Below, piece after piece: positions 14,001-27,789 of a DNA stretch of 64,000 nt. This DNA is from Oopsacas minuta (lineage: Eukaryota > Animalia > Porifera). Position 1 is the stretch's first letter; each line of letters opens with the position of its first letter. The DNA is taken from positions 62,001 to 126,000 of the forward strand of contig JAKMXF010000044.1 of NCBI GenBank assembly GCA_024704765.1, written 5' to 3'. Under the pieces are notes generated by a model, which did no database searches, was not told where the DNA came from, and saw nothing but the letters and a program-made list of their open reading frames with translations. A program made the translations under genes and the position numbers.

Positions 14001-15760
14001 TGCATCATATAAGGGAGGGAGGGTAATTGGGTCGATTGACAATCCTAATGATCCATATGCCACAGTTTTCTCAATTATGCTTTCTAGTCTATCGGCCAAG
14101 TTCTCTACCATTGTTCGGTTGATTCCTTTGAGTTCTTCTTGAACTAAATCATTATATCTTATTGTCAGGTCTACTATCTGTGATATATAAATTTGCGGTC
14201 TATTTGTAGAAGCTGTGAGTACTGACAACTATCCACTGAACGTTCCTTTGTACAATTTGTTTTCAACTAGTTCGAAACTGGAGCCAAAAGTACAACACCC
14301 CTGCAACCCACATAGAAATTTAATTTTGCTTTTTGATAATGTTCATATCATTAAGTGCATCCGAAATAATTGGTTGAATATCAAAAATATTGACAACACT
14401 TTCATTTTCCCGAAGTTCAACGAATGTCTAGTAAGTATTCAAAATATCATTGATACTAACAAAAAATTTTACCTCTCCATCCCTAGAGCCAGCATTTTAC
14501 TGCCAATTTGACCTCCAAATCTGTAAATCCAGATATTTGTTACGCTCGTTGTCAAGATATACGAGATTTGTATAGATCGGATAGATGTAATTTATTGAAA
14601 CGAGCACCAAAATTAACAGCGAAAGCTTGTTGGCCCTCAAGCTTAGAACGGCATAATTTCAGTTTTGCATTGAAAATTTTTCCTGAGACAACATCTGCCA
14701 GCCTATTAGCGTGGAAAATCGAAAATGACATCAAAAACATCAATCAAACAGTAGATTTTCTTGATCTTAGTAACCGGGTATGGAAAATATTCAATGTGAA
14801 CTGCGTTGGGAAAAATATCCGTTTCAATGATGAATTTTCAGCTCCAATATACCCAGACATTTTTCGGTTGCAATTATTTAACAACGTGGTGGTTTCCTGG
14901 TTGGATACTTGTGTTAATCTACCGTTTTTGGTTGGGAAATTGCCACCACAAACCTTTACCAGCTTTTGACATACATGTGAGGCTTTACCACTACTAGTCA
15001 AACAATTAACTGAAAATTGTAGGCACCAATATCTTCTTAATGTAAGAATACAAAATGAGGCTTTAGAATACCATTTTGGATCATACAGACAAATGTCAGG
15101 GTCTCATTATCAAATATCTTTTAACCCAGTTTCAGAAAGCGAACGAAGACTCCAACTTTCAACCTTTCAATGGTTTTTGATATAATAATACGGTTTGGGA
15201 GGTAACGTTTCACTAAAGAATACCTTAGGAAATTGGCAGACGATTGTGAGTGTACTAGTGACGAAAAGCAACTCAATATAGAACCTTATATGACATTATT
15301 GAATGATATCTTGCCTATTGAATTAGAAGTTTCTCAGATTGAATGCTTCATCAATATAGCAGGATAGGCAGTCTTCTCTTACATAAAAAAGTCAAATACT
15401 TGTCAATCATGTCACGATCATTTAAAACAGATAGACTCTAGAAGTTAATAATGAAGTTGGTTCCCAATATGCTTTGATGAATTTAGTAGATCGAGGTTCT
15501 CTTAAATATCCTTCTTTTTGTGTAGTAAAATCTGTTACTTTCTTGTTTAAAGCCTTTCAGATGATAGATAACTGTGATTCCCTCAGCAAGAAATTCTATT
15601 CTGCACAGTCCATAGTTTGTTGGTACTCATTTCTAGACAATCGTTTCATACAAATATACTGATGTTTGTAATGATTGTTGCTTCTGTGGCGTTTGGAATC
15701 GGGACATATTGAAGAAATAGTGTGTTATATGGTCAAATATAATCTTGTCGAAGAGGGTCC
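11075..15760 (+). pseudogene. THAP-domain P-element-like transposase relic (P2), THAP split by a Tigger insertion
   Basis: Removing 11110..12874 plus one TA restores the frame MTCLVHGCNSNYHSQG..RGKWFRGIPR (THAP). Downstream come MDEVHI..YKGG, AVSTDN, FDNVHIIKCIRNNW, EYHFGSYRQMSG and DRGSLKYP. There are many stops. Confidence 0.85.
11110..12874 (-). mobile_element. Tigger/pogo (CENP-B/DDE_1) transposon, decayed
   Basis: TA TSD at 11108-09 and 12875-76. TIRs are GAGTAGAACTTCACAAAGTGGGGT and CAGTGGAACCTCCCTAAGTGGGGT. Motif LLFLDNFSGH..LPPNCTSLLQPVDQG. Boundaries are supported by restoration of the interrupted THAP frame. Confidence 0.9.
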
Positions 15761-16300
15761 GCATTAAAATTTTATGGTTTAAAATTGGGATAATACTAAG
15801 CTTAGAAATACAAATAATTATTCTTTCTTCTTTTTTGGATCATTTTACTGTTAGAAGTTTGTGTAGAAGACTGAAGCTATTGTATTGTTATTCGATTTGT
15901 TATATCCAGCTGGACGTTTATGATAGTATAATATATTACTGCTACTGCTACTACTACTACTAAGAGAAAGTATTATGTTATTTGTTGTATACTACATATG
16001 TGTATTGTACTGTTAACTACATGATTTGACTTATTAAAATCTATTATGTTGACTTTTAATATTCAAATATTAATAAATCAGGCCGGGTGTGGTAAATCAT
16101 CTAAACTGATGATTAATAATTACTAGGAACGCAGTAGAATCAAACCAATAGCTAATACATTGTACTTTGAAAATCGATGATAATGACAATCCATGGTCCA
16201 AAATTTCTATAGAGTGCCATTGCCTTAGTATATACAATGATATGCATATATATATATTTATATATACAGTTTAATTGCGTTTTAACAATATCGATAGAAA

Positions 16301-16951
16301 TCTTTGTATGTCCAAAATTGATTGAAGAAACTGGAAGACCCAGGTCTGACTTTTGGCATACATTGTATTTTGGCTTAGCTCAGGCAAGTTCGAGTCTGGG
16401 ACGAAATTCACACTTATGATGAAATTATAATGTCATTGTCACCTTCTTGGATTTTTGATAAATCACTATATTAACCACTGCTCAGCCAAAATTAGAATAG
16501 AAGTTTAAATTTCAATCACAGGAATCCCTCAATGTGATAAATGTCCTAAAATCACGATTCTTACCTAAAGTTAACTAATTATGCGATTACTAAGTCAGAG
16601 TAATCTACCAGGCATAACAGAATATGACTACAAAATATTCAAATTTTCAAAATTCCGAAAAATGTCACAATTTCTAAATACCTAAGGCATGAAGTGTCGA
16701 GGTAAGACAAAAAGCTAGATTGCATCTCTAGTGTACACTGAATGACATTTAGTGTAATTTGGACGGACAATGGATAATAAAATTATAAAACTTTTACTTT
16801 CTGTGAATTCGAGGCAGGTGGTACCAGTAGGATTTGATGATATTTGGCCGCTACGCGATGAAATAGGTACTAAGAAATTTTCTGTTTAATCCTTAAGCCA
16901 ACCTGAAGCACTAAGCTGTCGCGAAACGACCTTGCAAGTGAAACGTGCTAG
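16301..16951 (+). repeat. Non-coding repeat family H1, copy B (Helitron-like ends)
   Basis: A|TC... start and ...CTAG|T end with a GC-rich motif just upstream. Homologous to 6025-6800 and 27790-27870. Confidence 0.6.
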
Positions 16952-17229
16952 TATTGATTTATTGCGCTTTAATAGTATAAATAATTTCACTATGATTTGT
17001 TATCCTCTCAGCTTTCCCATGACTACTTGCTAGTTTTGCTATGAATGTTTGCTAATTCTAACAATTTCTAAATATTGTAAGTTGACTTCCATAAAATTGT
17101 TACATGATGCAGTATAATGAATTTCAAATTCAGAATCACCATAATCGATAGTACATAATGCACTATGTAATGCCCAACAAGCAAAATACTATCAAAATTT
17201 GCCTGAAATTGTAAGAGTACGATCTATAT

Positions 17230-17790
17230 TATTTAATCTCAAGCGTTGTCTATTTGTCTGTCTGTCTGTTTAGTTGTCCGTTGTCAAGGAAAAGATTCAC
17301 GGTATGCAATTTTGAAATTGCTGCATAGCAATGTATTTATCGTGTTTAACAAGGAAGTAAATAGAATTCTATAAATCATCACTAAATATATCGAACATGC
17401 TGAATCTGATTTTCACTCATTTGGATTAATCATATAAAAATTAATGTTGTTTTTATAAACATAAAAGTAAATAAATTTCAAAATTGAGGTATAATCATAC
17501 TTTCAAGGACTATCCTGGGGTAATCGAGTCTACTGAGTCCGAATATGGTATTCTACAAAACATATTGTGAGTATTTATTTATTTTTAGGTACATGAAGTA
17601 AACAAATTTCAAAATTGAAGTAAAATTATACTTTAAACGACTATACTGGCATACTCGAGTATGCTGAGTCTGAATATTGTAAACAACATCAATATTATTA
17701 AATCTCAATAGTTGTTTGTCTGTTGAATAGCTCGAGGCGCAATGCGACGAGTTCATCGCGAAGCGACAAAGGCTCGTTTAGTTATATATT
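17230..17790 (+). repeat. Non-coding HINE/DINE-1-like repeat (family H2)
   Basis: (TGTC)n microsatellite near the 5' end, a tandem internal duplication (17450-17560 vs 17580-17690) and a GC-rich GCGAAGCG-type 3' motif. Confidence 0.45.
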
Positions 17791-18198
17791 CATACATATA
17801 TGTATTAAATCATTATTAATATTTAAGCAAATAAATATATGTATATATTATTACTGTCGTTATTATACGATTATTGGACATGTTTGTTTCTGGAATTCCA
17901 CACAAATTAAACCAAATAGATAATCAGCAAATCATATACTTGGTATCGAATAATTAGGAAAGTATCATGAAATCTTAAATTCTAATTCAGATTTGAATTT
18001 TACTCTGTGGGACATATTTCAATTCATGGCGAATATCAGGGGGCGCTGTATTTGACCGACTCTGTATGTTGACATTCGTCCGATTACTTATTCTCTAAGT
18101 TGGCACATGTCCGAGTACTTTACTCCAGGATGACATTTGTTAGACTATTTTTCTCTAATTTGACATTTTTTCGTCAATTTTTTCTTTCTGAAGAGAAT

Positions 18199-21159
18199 CA
18201 GGGGCCTATTTGAAGGGGGCTCCAGGGGTTCCATGGAGCCCCTAGTCGGTACCACTGAACCTCGTCGGAGGAAAAAAGAAAGGGGTATTTTTCTCCATCT
18301 TATTTGTTATTGTTGTTTAAAAGATATGATTATATTCAATTTATATATAGTGATTTTATGTAATAAGTAGTAGAAAGTATATCAAGATGTCAACAAAAAG
18401 ACATGCCAGTGACAGACATAAAGTCAAATGTCATGATGCGACAATGTTATGGACAATGACTTTATAAATCGTCACATCCCAAACTGTCATGCACTCTTGC
18501 AAAATGCAGGACAAAAATCATAATTCGCTGGTAGTCTCAGAAAATCAAAACAAAATTATGAAGTTTTTCGGTTCTGCTTTAAATACAGTACCTGTTTCAT
18601 CTAATACCAATTTGTACCAGTGACAATGTCTCCGAAGATTCATCTCTTATCCTTACCGAGTGCTTTTCAAATCCTTTGATTTCAGAACCTGTACACATTG
18701 ATGATCCGGGAATATCAGTGAATAGGATTTCATTCGAATTGGAGACAAATGAATCCAGTGATTCTACAGCTAAGGACAATTCTATCATGAGGAATATTAT
18801 TCTCAAGAAGTGGTTGACTCTGTACCTAAAGAGTTTTCCCCACAGATTCTTGAACCTACTACACTTAAACCCCATCTTCAGAATTTTCCTAATAAATTAA
18901 TTTATGGTGGAAAAAGAAGCTTTCAAACAAAATGGTATAAAGAATTCTGTTGGATTTCATAAATTCAAAATGGTGATACACCAACAAGTTTTCATTCCAA
19001 AAATTTTGGATCAAAGACTCCAAAGCCTCTTGTCCTCATAAATTGGTTAAAGTCCAAAAGACTAAAAAACATGCAAAAGTATTGCATATCAGAATTACAT
19101 GATTGTATGGATAAGATCTAAAACAATTTTGGCACTAGTTCGAAAGCAAAGGGAAGATTTAAGTAAAGCTCATCTGTACGTATCTTTCAAAGGTGATTAA
19201 AACTCTTGCTTATTTGGCAAAACAAAATATTGTCATAAGAGGACATAAGGGAGATCTAAGAACTATCTGTGAGACATCAAATTCAAATCAAGGCAATTTC
19301 CTTAAGCTACTTCATCTCAGAAGCAAAGATCTACAATGGTTTAAAGAAAAGTTCGAAGAGTTGAATAATCGTCATAGAATGTGGCTTAGTCCGAAATCCA
19401 AAATGAGATCTTGGATTTAATCGAAAGCAACGTAACTAAAATCGTATCAGATGAAGTCATAGAAAGCAGAATGTATTCAATAATTGGCTATGAAACCTTG
19501 GACATAAGTCGTGATGAGCAGTGCTCTCTTTATCTTCATTGTGCTTCAAAAGGGATGATAAAAGAGAAATTTATTGGCTTTTATCTAGCAAAATCGACAA
19601 CTGCAAAAGCACTTTTTGAACTAGTTACAGAGGCATTAAAGGACTTAAATCTAGATCCAAGTTATATTGTTGGCCAAGGATATGATGGTGCTAGTAACAT
19701 GAAAGGGAAAAGGGAGGATTACAAACTTTGATAAAATCACTTGCTCCTAAATCGATTTATGTCCATTGCTTTAGCCATTTATTAAATCTTGCTGTCCAAA
19801 AATCAGTTTCAAGAGTGATTCCAGTTAGAAATGCATTTGGATCTTTGCAAAAATCTGCACGTTCATTGAGGCTAGTGCTAGACGACATCATATATCACAA
19901 GATACTCAAAAGGCTGGTGGCGAGAAAGTGATTGTGCTTCAGTCACAAAGTGAAACTCGATGAGCCATGCGACATACGTCAGCCTCTGACATTAAGAAGC
20001 ATCTCGACTCCACAATCATTTCTATCATGAAATTCTTGCCAACGATTCTTCTACATCTGCAACATCAGCGGGCCTCTTAGTAAGCATCTGTGATTTTAAT
20101 TTCATTTTAGTTGTAATTTTTTATCGATAAATTATTGGGTATAAGTAGTACATTATCAGCTTATTTCCAGTCAGAGACCATGGATGTCGTTCTTGCAAGA
20201 AATCTGCGGAATTCGCCATCACAAACCTGGAGTCTTGAAAATGAAAACTGCTTTTCTAAAGTTTTGAAAGAAACTGAGGCATGGCAACTGAAGTGAGAAA
20301 CATCATCAAAGACGAAAAAATAGTTAATTTCAAAGAGTTAGAAGTTCCACGACGTCCCATCCCATTTGCGATTACAATTGAAGCAGGACTTGCGATAACA
20401 TCTGCAGTTGTATATGATCAACCACGATCATTTGTCAAAGAGACCCTTTATCTTCCTATGGTCTATGGATTTAAACAGGAAATCCAATCCCAATTTTCAG
20501 AAAATGATTAATATATTTTGTGTGCACTTGCAGTTTTGATCATGCACTCAGAAAAACAGGATGTAAGGAAGAAGCAACTCTCGTTACTGATTTTTATGAA
20601 ATTGATGAAGATAATCTTCTATCAGAGAGAAATGTCATAGTTAGACTATTAAATGATGAAGATTCTAGTGTCTTTCGTCTGGCTACAAACTTTCTGAACA
20701 GATACGTGAAAATCGAATTTCAGAATCTTCCCACGTTCTCTTTATTGGCACAAATTCTTGCTCTATTCCTGCCATGTCTTGTAGTGTCTAGCGCTCTTTT
20801 TCTACCCTATGTGGAATAAAACATATCAATGTTCAACGATCAGTCATGAGAGACTGTCAAATATTGCTATTCTGAACATTGAACGGAATATTCCTGACTT
20901 TGTAATTGGAAATCATATGGATGACCTTATCAATTCATTTGCGCATCATTGTAACCGTGGAATTATGTTAATCCCTTAAATATATTCTCATTTGCTTATG
21001 TTAAGGAATAACAGCATATTTTTGACTACTTTAGATTAACAAACTTGAATTTGTAAACTTTAGCTTATATTCTTTATTATCATTAGTTAAGTCGGAGGAA
21101 TTTACGGAAAAACTCGTCGGAGCTGAAGTTGTGGTACCCCCTCCTTTGTTTGGGCCCTG
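18199..21159 (+). mobile_element. hAT transposon, ZMYM1/THAP12-like transposase, decayed
   Basis: TIRs start CAGGG(G)CC. The 8-bp flanks AAGAGAAT and ACGATAAT match at 6/8. Motifs are NQGNFLKLL, GQGYDGASNMKG and VHCFSHLLNLAV. Confidence 0.88.
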
Positions 21160-22172
21160 ACGATAATTGTCAATTTTTACTCACAATGCATGTTCAAAAA
21201 TATAATAATAATAAAAATCTAAATTTATTCAATAAAACCATGATAAATGCATGAAATATAGAAAGAGACATTTTGAATAATTAATTAATGAATATTTCTA
21301 ATCTGTCTTGAATTGGAGAACGACAAATAGGACATGTTTGTCCGGGTTCTTCAATTATAGCACTACCATCTCTGCAAAGACTTTGCCTGTATACAAAGTA
21401 TGAAGATCCATGTCGTTTCTCGTACTCTCAAACAACTCACAAACAAATTGATAGTTGAATTGTCTGCAGTATCAGGGTGAGTATTCTCACCATCTTCATC
21501 TTCATCCTCATCTGAACTTTCATCGAATGTGCTTTCCTCTGTCAGTGAGCCTACTGTATGACTGATTTCAGTAATACACTCTAATGACGAATAAGAACCT
21601 TCAATAAGTTTCTCTTTACACGTACGTCGATGCTCATCAATTATTAAACATTTCTTTATCTTTGCTCTTGTGATTAGCAATCCATCATTCAATCTCGTTA
21701 GTTCATTGTCCGTATCTATTATGATTTCGTTAAGTGTTCCTAAAAAGTTCCAAATCCTTGGATGATTACATTTGATTAAAGATTTCAATATTCCATGGAG
21801 CTCTCCGCGCCATTATTTGTGGATATTCTGTGATGCCAAATAGATAACTGTCCGCTAGATACTTGGTATATCCACCTTTTTTGTATATAGCGTTTCAATT
21901 GCTGAAACTAGCAACTTGATTATTAGGTAGTACTCGTGGGATTAATATTTCAATGAAAATCGGTTGTATTGTATCAGGTGGTAAGAAAGAGGGCCATAAT
22001 ATGGTGTAAAAAATTCATAAATGCTGTATTCTTGTTAGATGCACTTACCAGATGACACTTTTGGACCTCTTTCCAAATTTGCTGGATGTAATGAAACCAA
22101 AATCCTTGAAACTTGCCATTGTAAGCTGTCTTGAATGCGTTAGTGGTGCAATTTACAAGCCTGGCATATCTA

Positions 22173-22742
22173 CAGGGTGGCCCAAAATAAGCAGGCCCGA
22201 ACAATTGGCTTCGAATGTGCATAATATTTAAGAAAGATTAACAAAACCTTATAGTTATAGGGCTGAAAGGGCGTACAAGACGAATACAAACTACAATTAT
22301 CGTATGTTGAAAGTCTACGAGGATTAGAACTTATGTTCTAGATCAACACCATAAAAATCTTTCCATTTTTGGATTTAGGGCAAAGCTCCCATTACATTCT
22401 TCAGAAATATTTCTCCCAAATAGCTTGCAAGGTCTTCGGACTTACTATTTAGGTTTTAATAGCTCGCTGTCTGAAATCTTTTAACCCAAACCTGAATTCT
22501 CGATTTCTAGGACGCATTTTGACATCGAATATATGCAACATTTTTGTTCAATTTCCTTGAAGCCGCGATTCAAAATTCTCTGAATTCACAAAGACTTTAC
22601 TGAATACTCTATTACTTCGTCTTTGGATTATCTGACATATCTATATATAGATAAACGGAACATTATTACTTCGTTTGTTAGATTAATAGTTTTCAAGGTG
22701 GCCTGAAATGTGTATGGGGACCGTGTTTTTTGGCCCATCAGG
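22173..22742. mobile_element. Tc1/mariner-like deletion derivative inserted in the MULE ORF
   Basis: TA on both sides. The left end CAGGGTGGCCCAAAA is imperfectly mirrored at the right end. MULE similarity resumes on both sides. Confidence 0.6.
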
Positions 22743-25354
22743 TACTTTCGGTTTAAATCGAGGGACTCTAGATTTGATTTTGAATATAATGGCCTCATAC
22801 AGCTCTAGAGATTTCCCAGTTAAAAACAGTGTAATGCTGGGATAACATCCTGATCAACAGCAATAAAAATTGTTCACGGCTGGTAAAATATATGAGATAT
22901 CAGTAGGATAGTCGTATTTTCATGAGAAACAAAACAAACCTTGATTATCGCCAACAATAACGAAATCCTTAAAGAACAATCCATAGGGAGTGCTCGGTAA
23001 TGTACTTTCTAATTCGAATGAGCTTTGAGGTATGTTCTGTTGAACTCTCTTACGCGGTACCTCAACGATACGCGCTTCACAAAAGTAATTGTTCTTACTT
23101 TGGGCTCTCTGCGGGTAACATAATTGAAATTCTTGGCAGATCTCTCCAGAAGATTTAGCAGTTTCTTTACACTTAGCTTTCATTGAGTCAATATCTTCTT
23201 TGTGATCATCAATCCCATGGTTATGATCTGCTAGTAAATAATCAGATTACCTTCTTGACTGAGTTTAACAAGTGAACTTGCACCTGCTACAGAAAAGAAT
23301 GCATGTCAAATAAATTTGGCAATCTATATTTCATACAAGATATTTGTGACCTTTAGATTTCGATATATTATACCATGATTCTGGTTTTATGGGTCAAAGT
23401 ATAATCTATGATAAATTAATTTCCATTACTGCATACAATGCATAGTATACAATGAGTCAATACACTTCATGTTGTATAACAAGCTTTGAAGTCATACAAT
23501 ATTTGAAAATTAAGAAACGAATATTTGTGTTAGTCGAGAACCTCACTAAAAAAGAATATATATATATAAAACTCACACCACCACAATTAGTAAGCAGTCG
23601 GAATAATGCAGGCGGTCGATTAATTCCACCAGTAGCATAGGGTGGCAGGGAAATACACTACTCAACGTATATAATTAAATATGTGTTTATCTCAGCAGGA
23701 TAAAAATTGGACCAAAATACGAATATATGATATTATGGATGGAGGATGGAACCGTTACCAGTGTACACACATGTGTACTAATAGGATGGTGTCAGGGCTG
23801 GGGTACATACGTGGTCGTAGGATATGGTCTGTTTTGTAAGTTTTCAACCGGACCAACCTTTAGTGACCCCATATGTGTTTTATAGGTATGTAACGAAATA
23901 TTTCGTGATCGTGTATTGTGGGCTCAACAAAATATTTATGATATTTTATTCAAATTAGTGATATCTCGTCCCTTAAAATGAGGACATCTTAGTTAGACTT
24001 GAAGGATATATAATAATTTGAGAATTGGAAGGGAAGAACAGAAGTGAAGACCAATTGATTTCAAGTGACATTGTGTAATTGGAATGGAAAAAATATTTGA
24101 GAGTTAAGATTTCCAGTTTGAAAAATACAATAAGATTATCAAATATGTGATAAGAATAAAAATGAATTATTGTATACGAATAATTATTGTTTAGTAACTA
24201 TGGACTGAAGAATGATTGTATATCCAATTACTTCCTGCGAAAAGTATCAAGAAAACAAGTGGTAAACTAGAGAATTTTCAAGCTATACTATTGCGAAAAG
24301 TAATATAGATATTATAACGAAATTTAATACACATTATCCACAAACCCTAAATAGTAAGCAGAAGAAAAATGTATATTAAAATAATAATGAGAAGCCGGTC
24401 AAATATACTATTATAAATATTCTAAGCGATGTATTTAACAGGTTAGCGCGTTGAATGACGCAGTTCACGCGCTTTGGGGGAAACAATGTACAAGATATAA
24501 GATGATACCATATAGGGATTTATTTTGACGGTACCTACAATTCAGTATTCTCATATCGTATATTTGATACCTTCGATTGGTCCTAAAATAATGTATCAGA
24601 CAATTTGAACTGTATATGAAAATACACCATATAGAAATATGTTTTTTCGGAATTTACTCCTACAATATTCTCATATCGTATCTGCTGCAACAAACATATC
24701 CTTAATTGTTTACCATTGCTTTATGTATAGGATACTATAATACTTACATAGTTTCTGGCTCACACGGACACTATATAGAATTGCTAGTCTGAAAAAGGTT
24801 TAAGAAATGAATAGAACAATTGTATAATCATTTCAAAACATTGCGTACAAGAAAATGATAAGTATTTACCCCATTTAACCTAATCCCTAAAATAAAATAT
24901 AAATGTCAAATTGGTGAATTTTAAATGTCAGAGGTATACAAATAACATTAGTGGCTTTTGGACGGCCATGGCGGTCAGGAAATCATCAAAATATAAAGTC
25001 GATAGGTTCAACATCCTAGATAATGGTAGATACTAACTGGTAACGAATGGAAAAACAAGTTTTAGGGACGTAAATAGAGGAGCAGACATTTCCGAAATGG
25101 AAATTGCAGCCCAGGACAAAACCAAAATTTTGGAAAGGCTGATAATCAAGACAAACTCTGATACTTTTAAAAGACAATATACTTCATAGTTAAATGTAAG
25201 TACAAAATTAACTAAATCCAGAGCAATCACTGAAATCTAAAATAAGACATGAATGGTTACATAGAATTGAATGTAAACATCAAAATAGTATTTTGAAAGA
25301 ATATTATTACATACCATATTAGAGGCCACTAGTTAATGAGTTGAAGACCTACTG

Positions 25355-25770
25355 CAGTAGAACCTCCATAATCCAACACTCAATGGGAGACGAAAAAATA
25401 TCGGATTATTGAGGTAAGATAGTCCCCAAAATCAGACTTTATTTGAAACGGAAAATCTTTCGAATTATAAAGGCGTGAAAGTTAAAGCAAGATTTATGAT
25501 TGGGTAATCTGGTACTAGCAGCATACTAGATTCAACATAGAAAACTATAATGTCGGATTAAGGCGGTAAAACAACCTTCATTATCCACAATTTTGAAAAC
25601 GAAAAAATGTCGGATTGTACAGGTCCAATTTACATTAATCGATTATCGACAAATTGTCGGATTTCGGAATAGCGAGGTTTTTTCTATACAAAAACTATAC
25701 GTGGACAGAGATAATGTCGGTTGAGGGAAAATCCAGGTTACACAGCTGTCGGATTACGGAGATTCCACTA
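25355..25770. mobile_element. pogo/Tigger-like MITE
   Basis: TIRs CAGTAGAACCTCCATAATCC and (T)AGTGGAATCTCCGTAATCC, with internal TGTCGGATT repeats. A partial second copy lies at 63490-63585. Confidence 0.7.
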
Positions 25771-25895
25771 TGTCACCAAAATCATATTTATATGAAGTAT
25801 TCTGAAATAAGTGATGAAATATATCAATCTAATGAAAATATAAACAACCAAAAATAGCACAAGTCTCTACTTCTGCCTATTAGCCTACTTTGATA

Positions 25896-27214
25896 CAATG
25901 CCGGTCAAAAAGAATTGCTCTAAATGAATGTATACAATATAGTAAATGTCAAATTGTATACACTGACCAGATAGTTGCATTCTTGCGAAACCATACTCAG
26001 CCATATGTATTTTGACAAGTAACACACCAACACAGCTAATCCATTCATCATATTTGTACAACTTACAGTTTTTATTTTGAATTCTTTTTTTCCAATTTAT
26101 CTGTTTTTATCGAATTTTCAATGCCTTCTAAACCCCGAATTTCCATTGAAAATCGAGCCAACCTGATACTACTTTCAGAAAGTGGCCATACTCAGAGGGA
26201 GGTAGCTAAAATGGTTGGGTGTAGCCGAGATCCTTAAGAAACACAGGCTGACTGGCACGGTAACAGACCTCGTGTCACAACCAAAAGGCCAGACAATTTA
26301 TTGGTCAGAAAATGCAAAAAGGATCGATTTAAGACTGCTACTCAGATCAAAGCTGAAGTGTTATCAGAATATTCGATAAAACTTTCCACTTCAACAGTTC
26401 AGAGAAGGTTACGAGGGGCTGGACTGTTCGGACGAAAACCGGGAAGGAAGCCCGCCTTACTACCAAGCACAAAAGAGACTGACTTTCCTTCGCAAGATCG
26501 CACAAGAATTGGAATACTGAAGAATGGGCAAGAGTTGTGTTCAGTGACGAATCTAGGTTCCTTCTGTATACTAATGACGGGAGAGCCTACGTAAGGAGGA
26601 TTAAAGGGGAGGAGTTCTCAGAGAGGTGTCTTCAAAAACTTGCAAGTTAGGTGGAGGTGGCATCATGGTTTGGGGATGCTTTTGCTGGAGTGGCGTAGGA
26701 CTCTTGTGGAAAGTATCTGGGAACCTCAAGACAAATTTCTACATTGATATATTGGAAAATGCACTAATCCCAAGCGTTGATTTACATTCTTTACATTCTG
26801 ACTGGCCCTTTCAGCCAGACAACGCCCCATGCCATAGGTCAAAGGGTACTAAGCAATGGTTTGGTGAGCAAAAAATAGAGGTTATGAATTGGCCTGCTCA
26901 GTCACCTGATCTAAATCCGATTGAGAATCTCTGGGATCACATTTCCCTCAGAATTCAAGAGAAAAGGCCATCCAACCACTCGGAGTTGTGGAATGCCATA
27001 TTAAGCAGTTGGGATAGCATCGACATTAACAGGCTCCATACTCTAATTGAGAGTATGCCGCAAAGATGTAAAGCCGTAATTCAAGCAAGAGGAGGTACTA
27101 TTAAATACTAACAACAATTTACTTGATTATAATAAAGCATTATTGTTAAAATCAGTCAAAGATACAAGAATTTGGGGTAAATTTATTCTGAGCAATTCTT
27201 TTTGACCGGCACTG
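25896..27214 (+). mobile_element. Tc1 transposon, DD34E, decayed
   Basis: 27-bp TIRs CA(A/G)TGCCGGTCAAAAAGAATTGCTC with a TA TSD. FQPDNAPCH..WPAQSPDLNPIE has 34-residue spacing. The ORF is frameshifted. Confidence 0.93.
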
Positions 27215-27789
27215 TATATATATACGAGGACGCGCATATATACGTATATATATAATCTTTAAAATATTAGAGCAAGTGAATTCCGAATCTGAGATCCAAT
27301 ATAATCCATCATGTCACAATTTGGAATAATCCAACATACAAAATCCCAAAATCTGTAGGATTTAGAACATAAAATTTAGTATACAAGTGATAAAAACAAA
27401 ATGAGTGGATTTATGATATATATATATTGTTAGTGCACTGATAAAATACATATTTAACAATGTGTAAGTAAACTGATCATTTAGATGTTGATAATACTAC
27501 TTTGAAATGTTACAAATAGTATGTTGAAATCTGGATTTCATTCCCAAAATACCCATTTTACTCAAATAGTTCTCATTCCGTTAAAAATCTATACCATAAA
27601 AACGCAGTTCATCTGTAGGACAAATTTGAGAAATCTACAATTAAGCATAAATGTGGACTAATTTGTAAAACCGTTCATTTCACAACAATTATGCATAATT
27701 TTCACCCAATGCAACAAATATGCATAAATTGTTGAATCAGCAAATTTGTCGTAACCTATGTGTATGTGTATATATATATATATGTTTGT

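Larger units (their letters stand above)
18039..23320 (-). mobile_element. FLYWCH-MULE transposon relic with C-terminal RING finger; hosts a hAT and a Tc1-like insertion
   Basis: HNH motif ~23220, G(C>F)WFHYIQQIW..IMAL ~22050, HPRIWNFL, an acidic linker, then a RING ending CPICRSPI at ~21310. Left terminal repeat-like segment 18039-18198. The right end was not identified. Confidence 0.75.

Noticed and set aside
13971-14228. 85-aa minus-strand ORF, first taken for a foreign insert in P2
   Set aside because: The plus strand here encodes the P-like catalytic region (MDEVHI..YKGG..AVSTDN), so the ORF is an antisense shadow.
23845-23870. Candidate right TIR of the RING-MULE
   Set aside because: Similarity to the left end is weak, and the 9-bp flanks (CGAATATCA vs ATATGTGTT) do not match.
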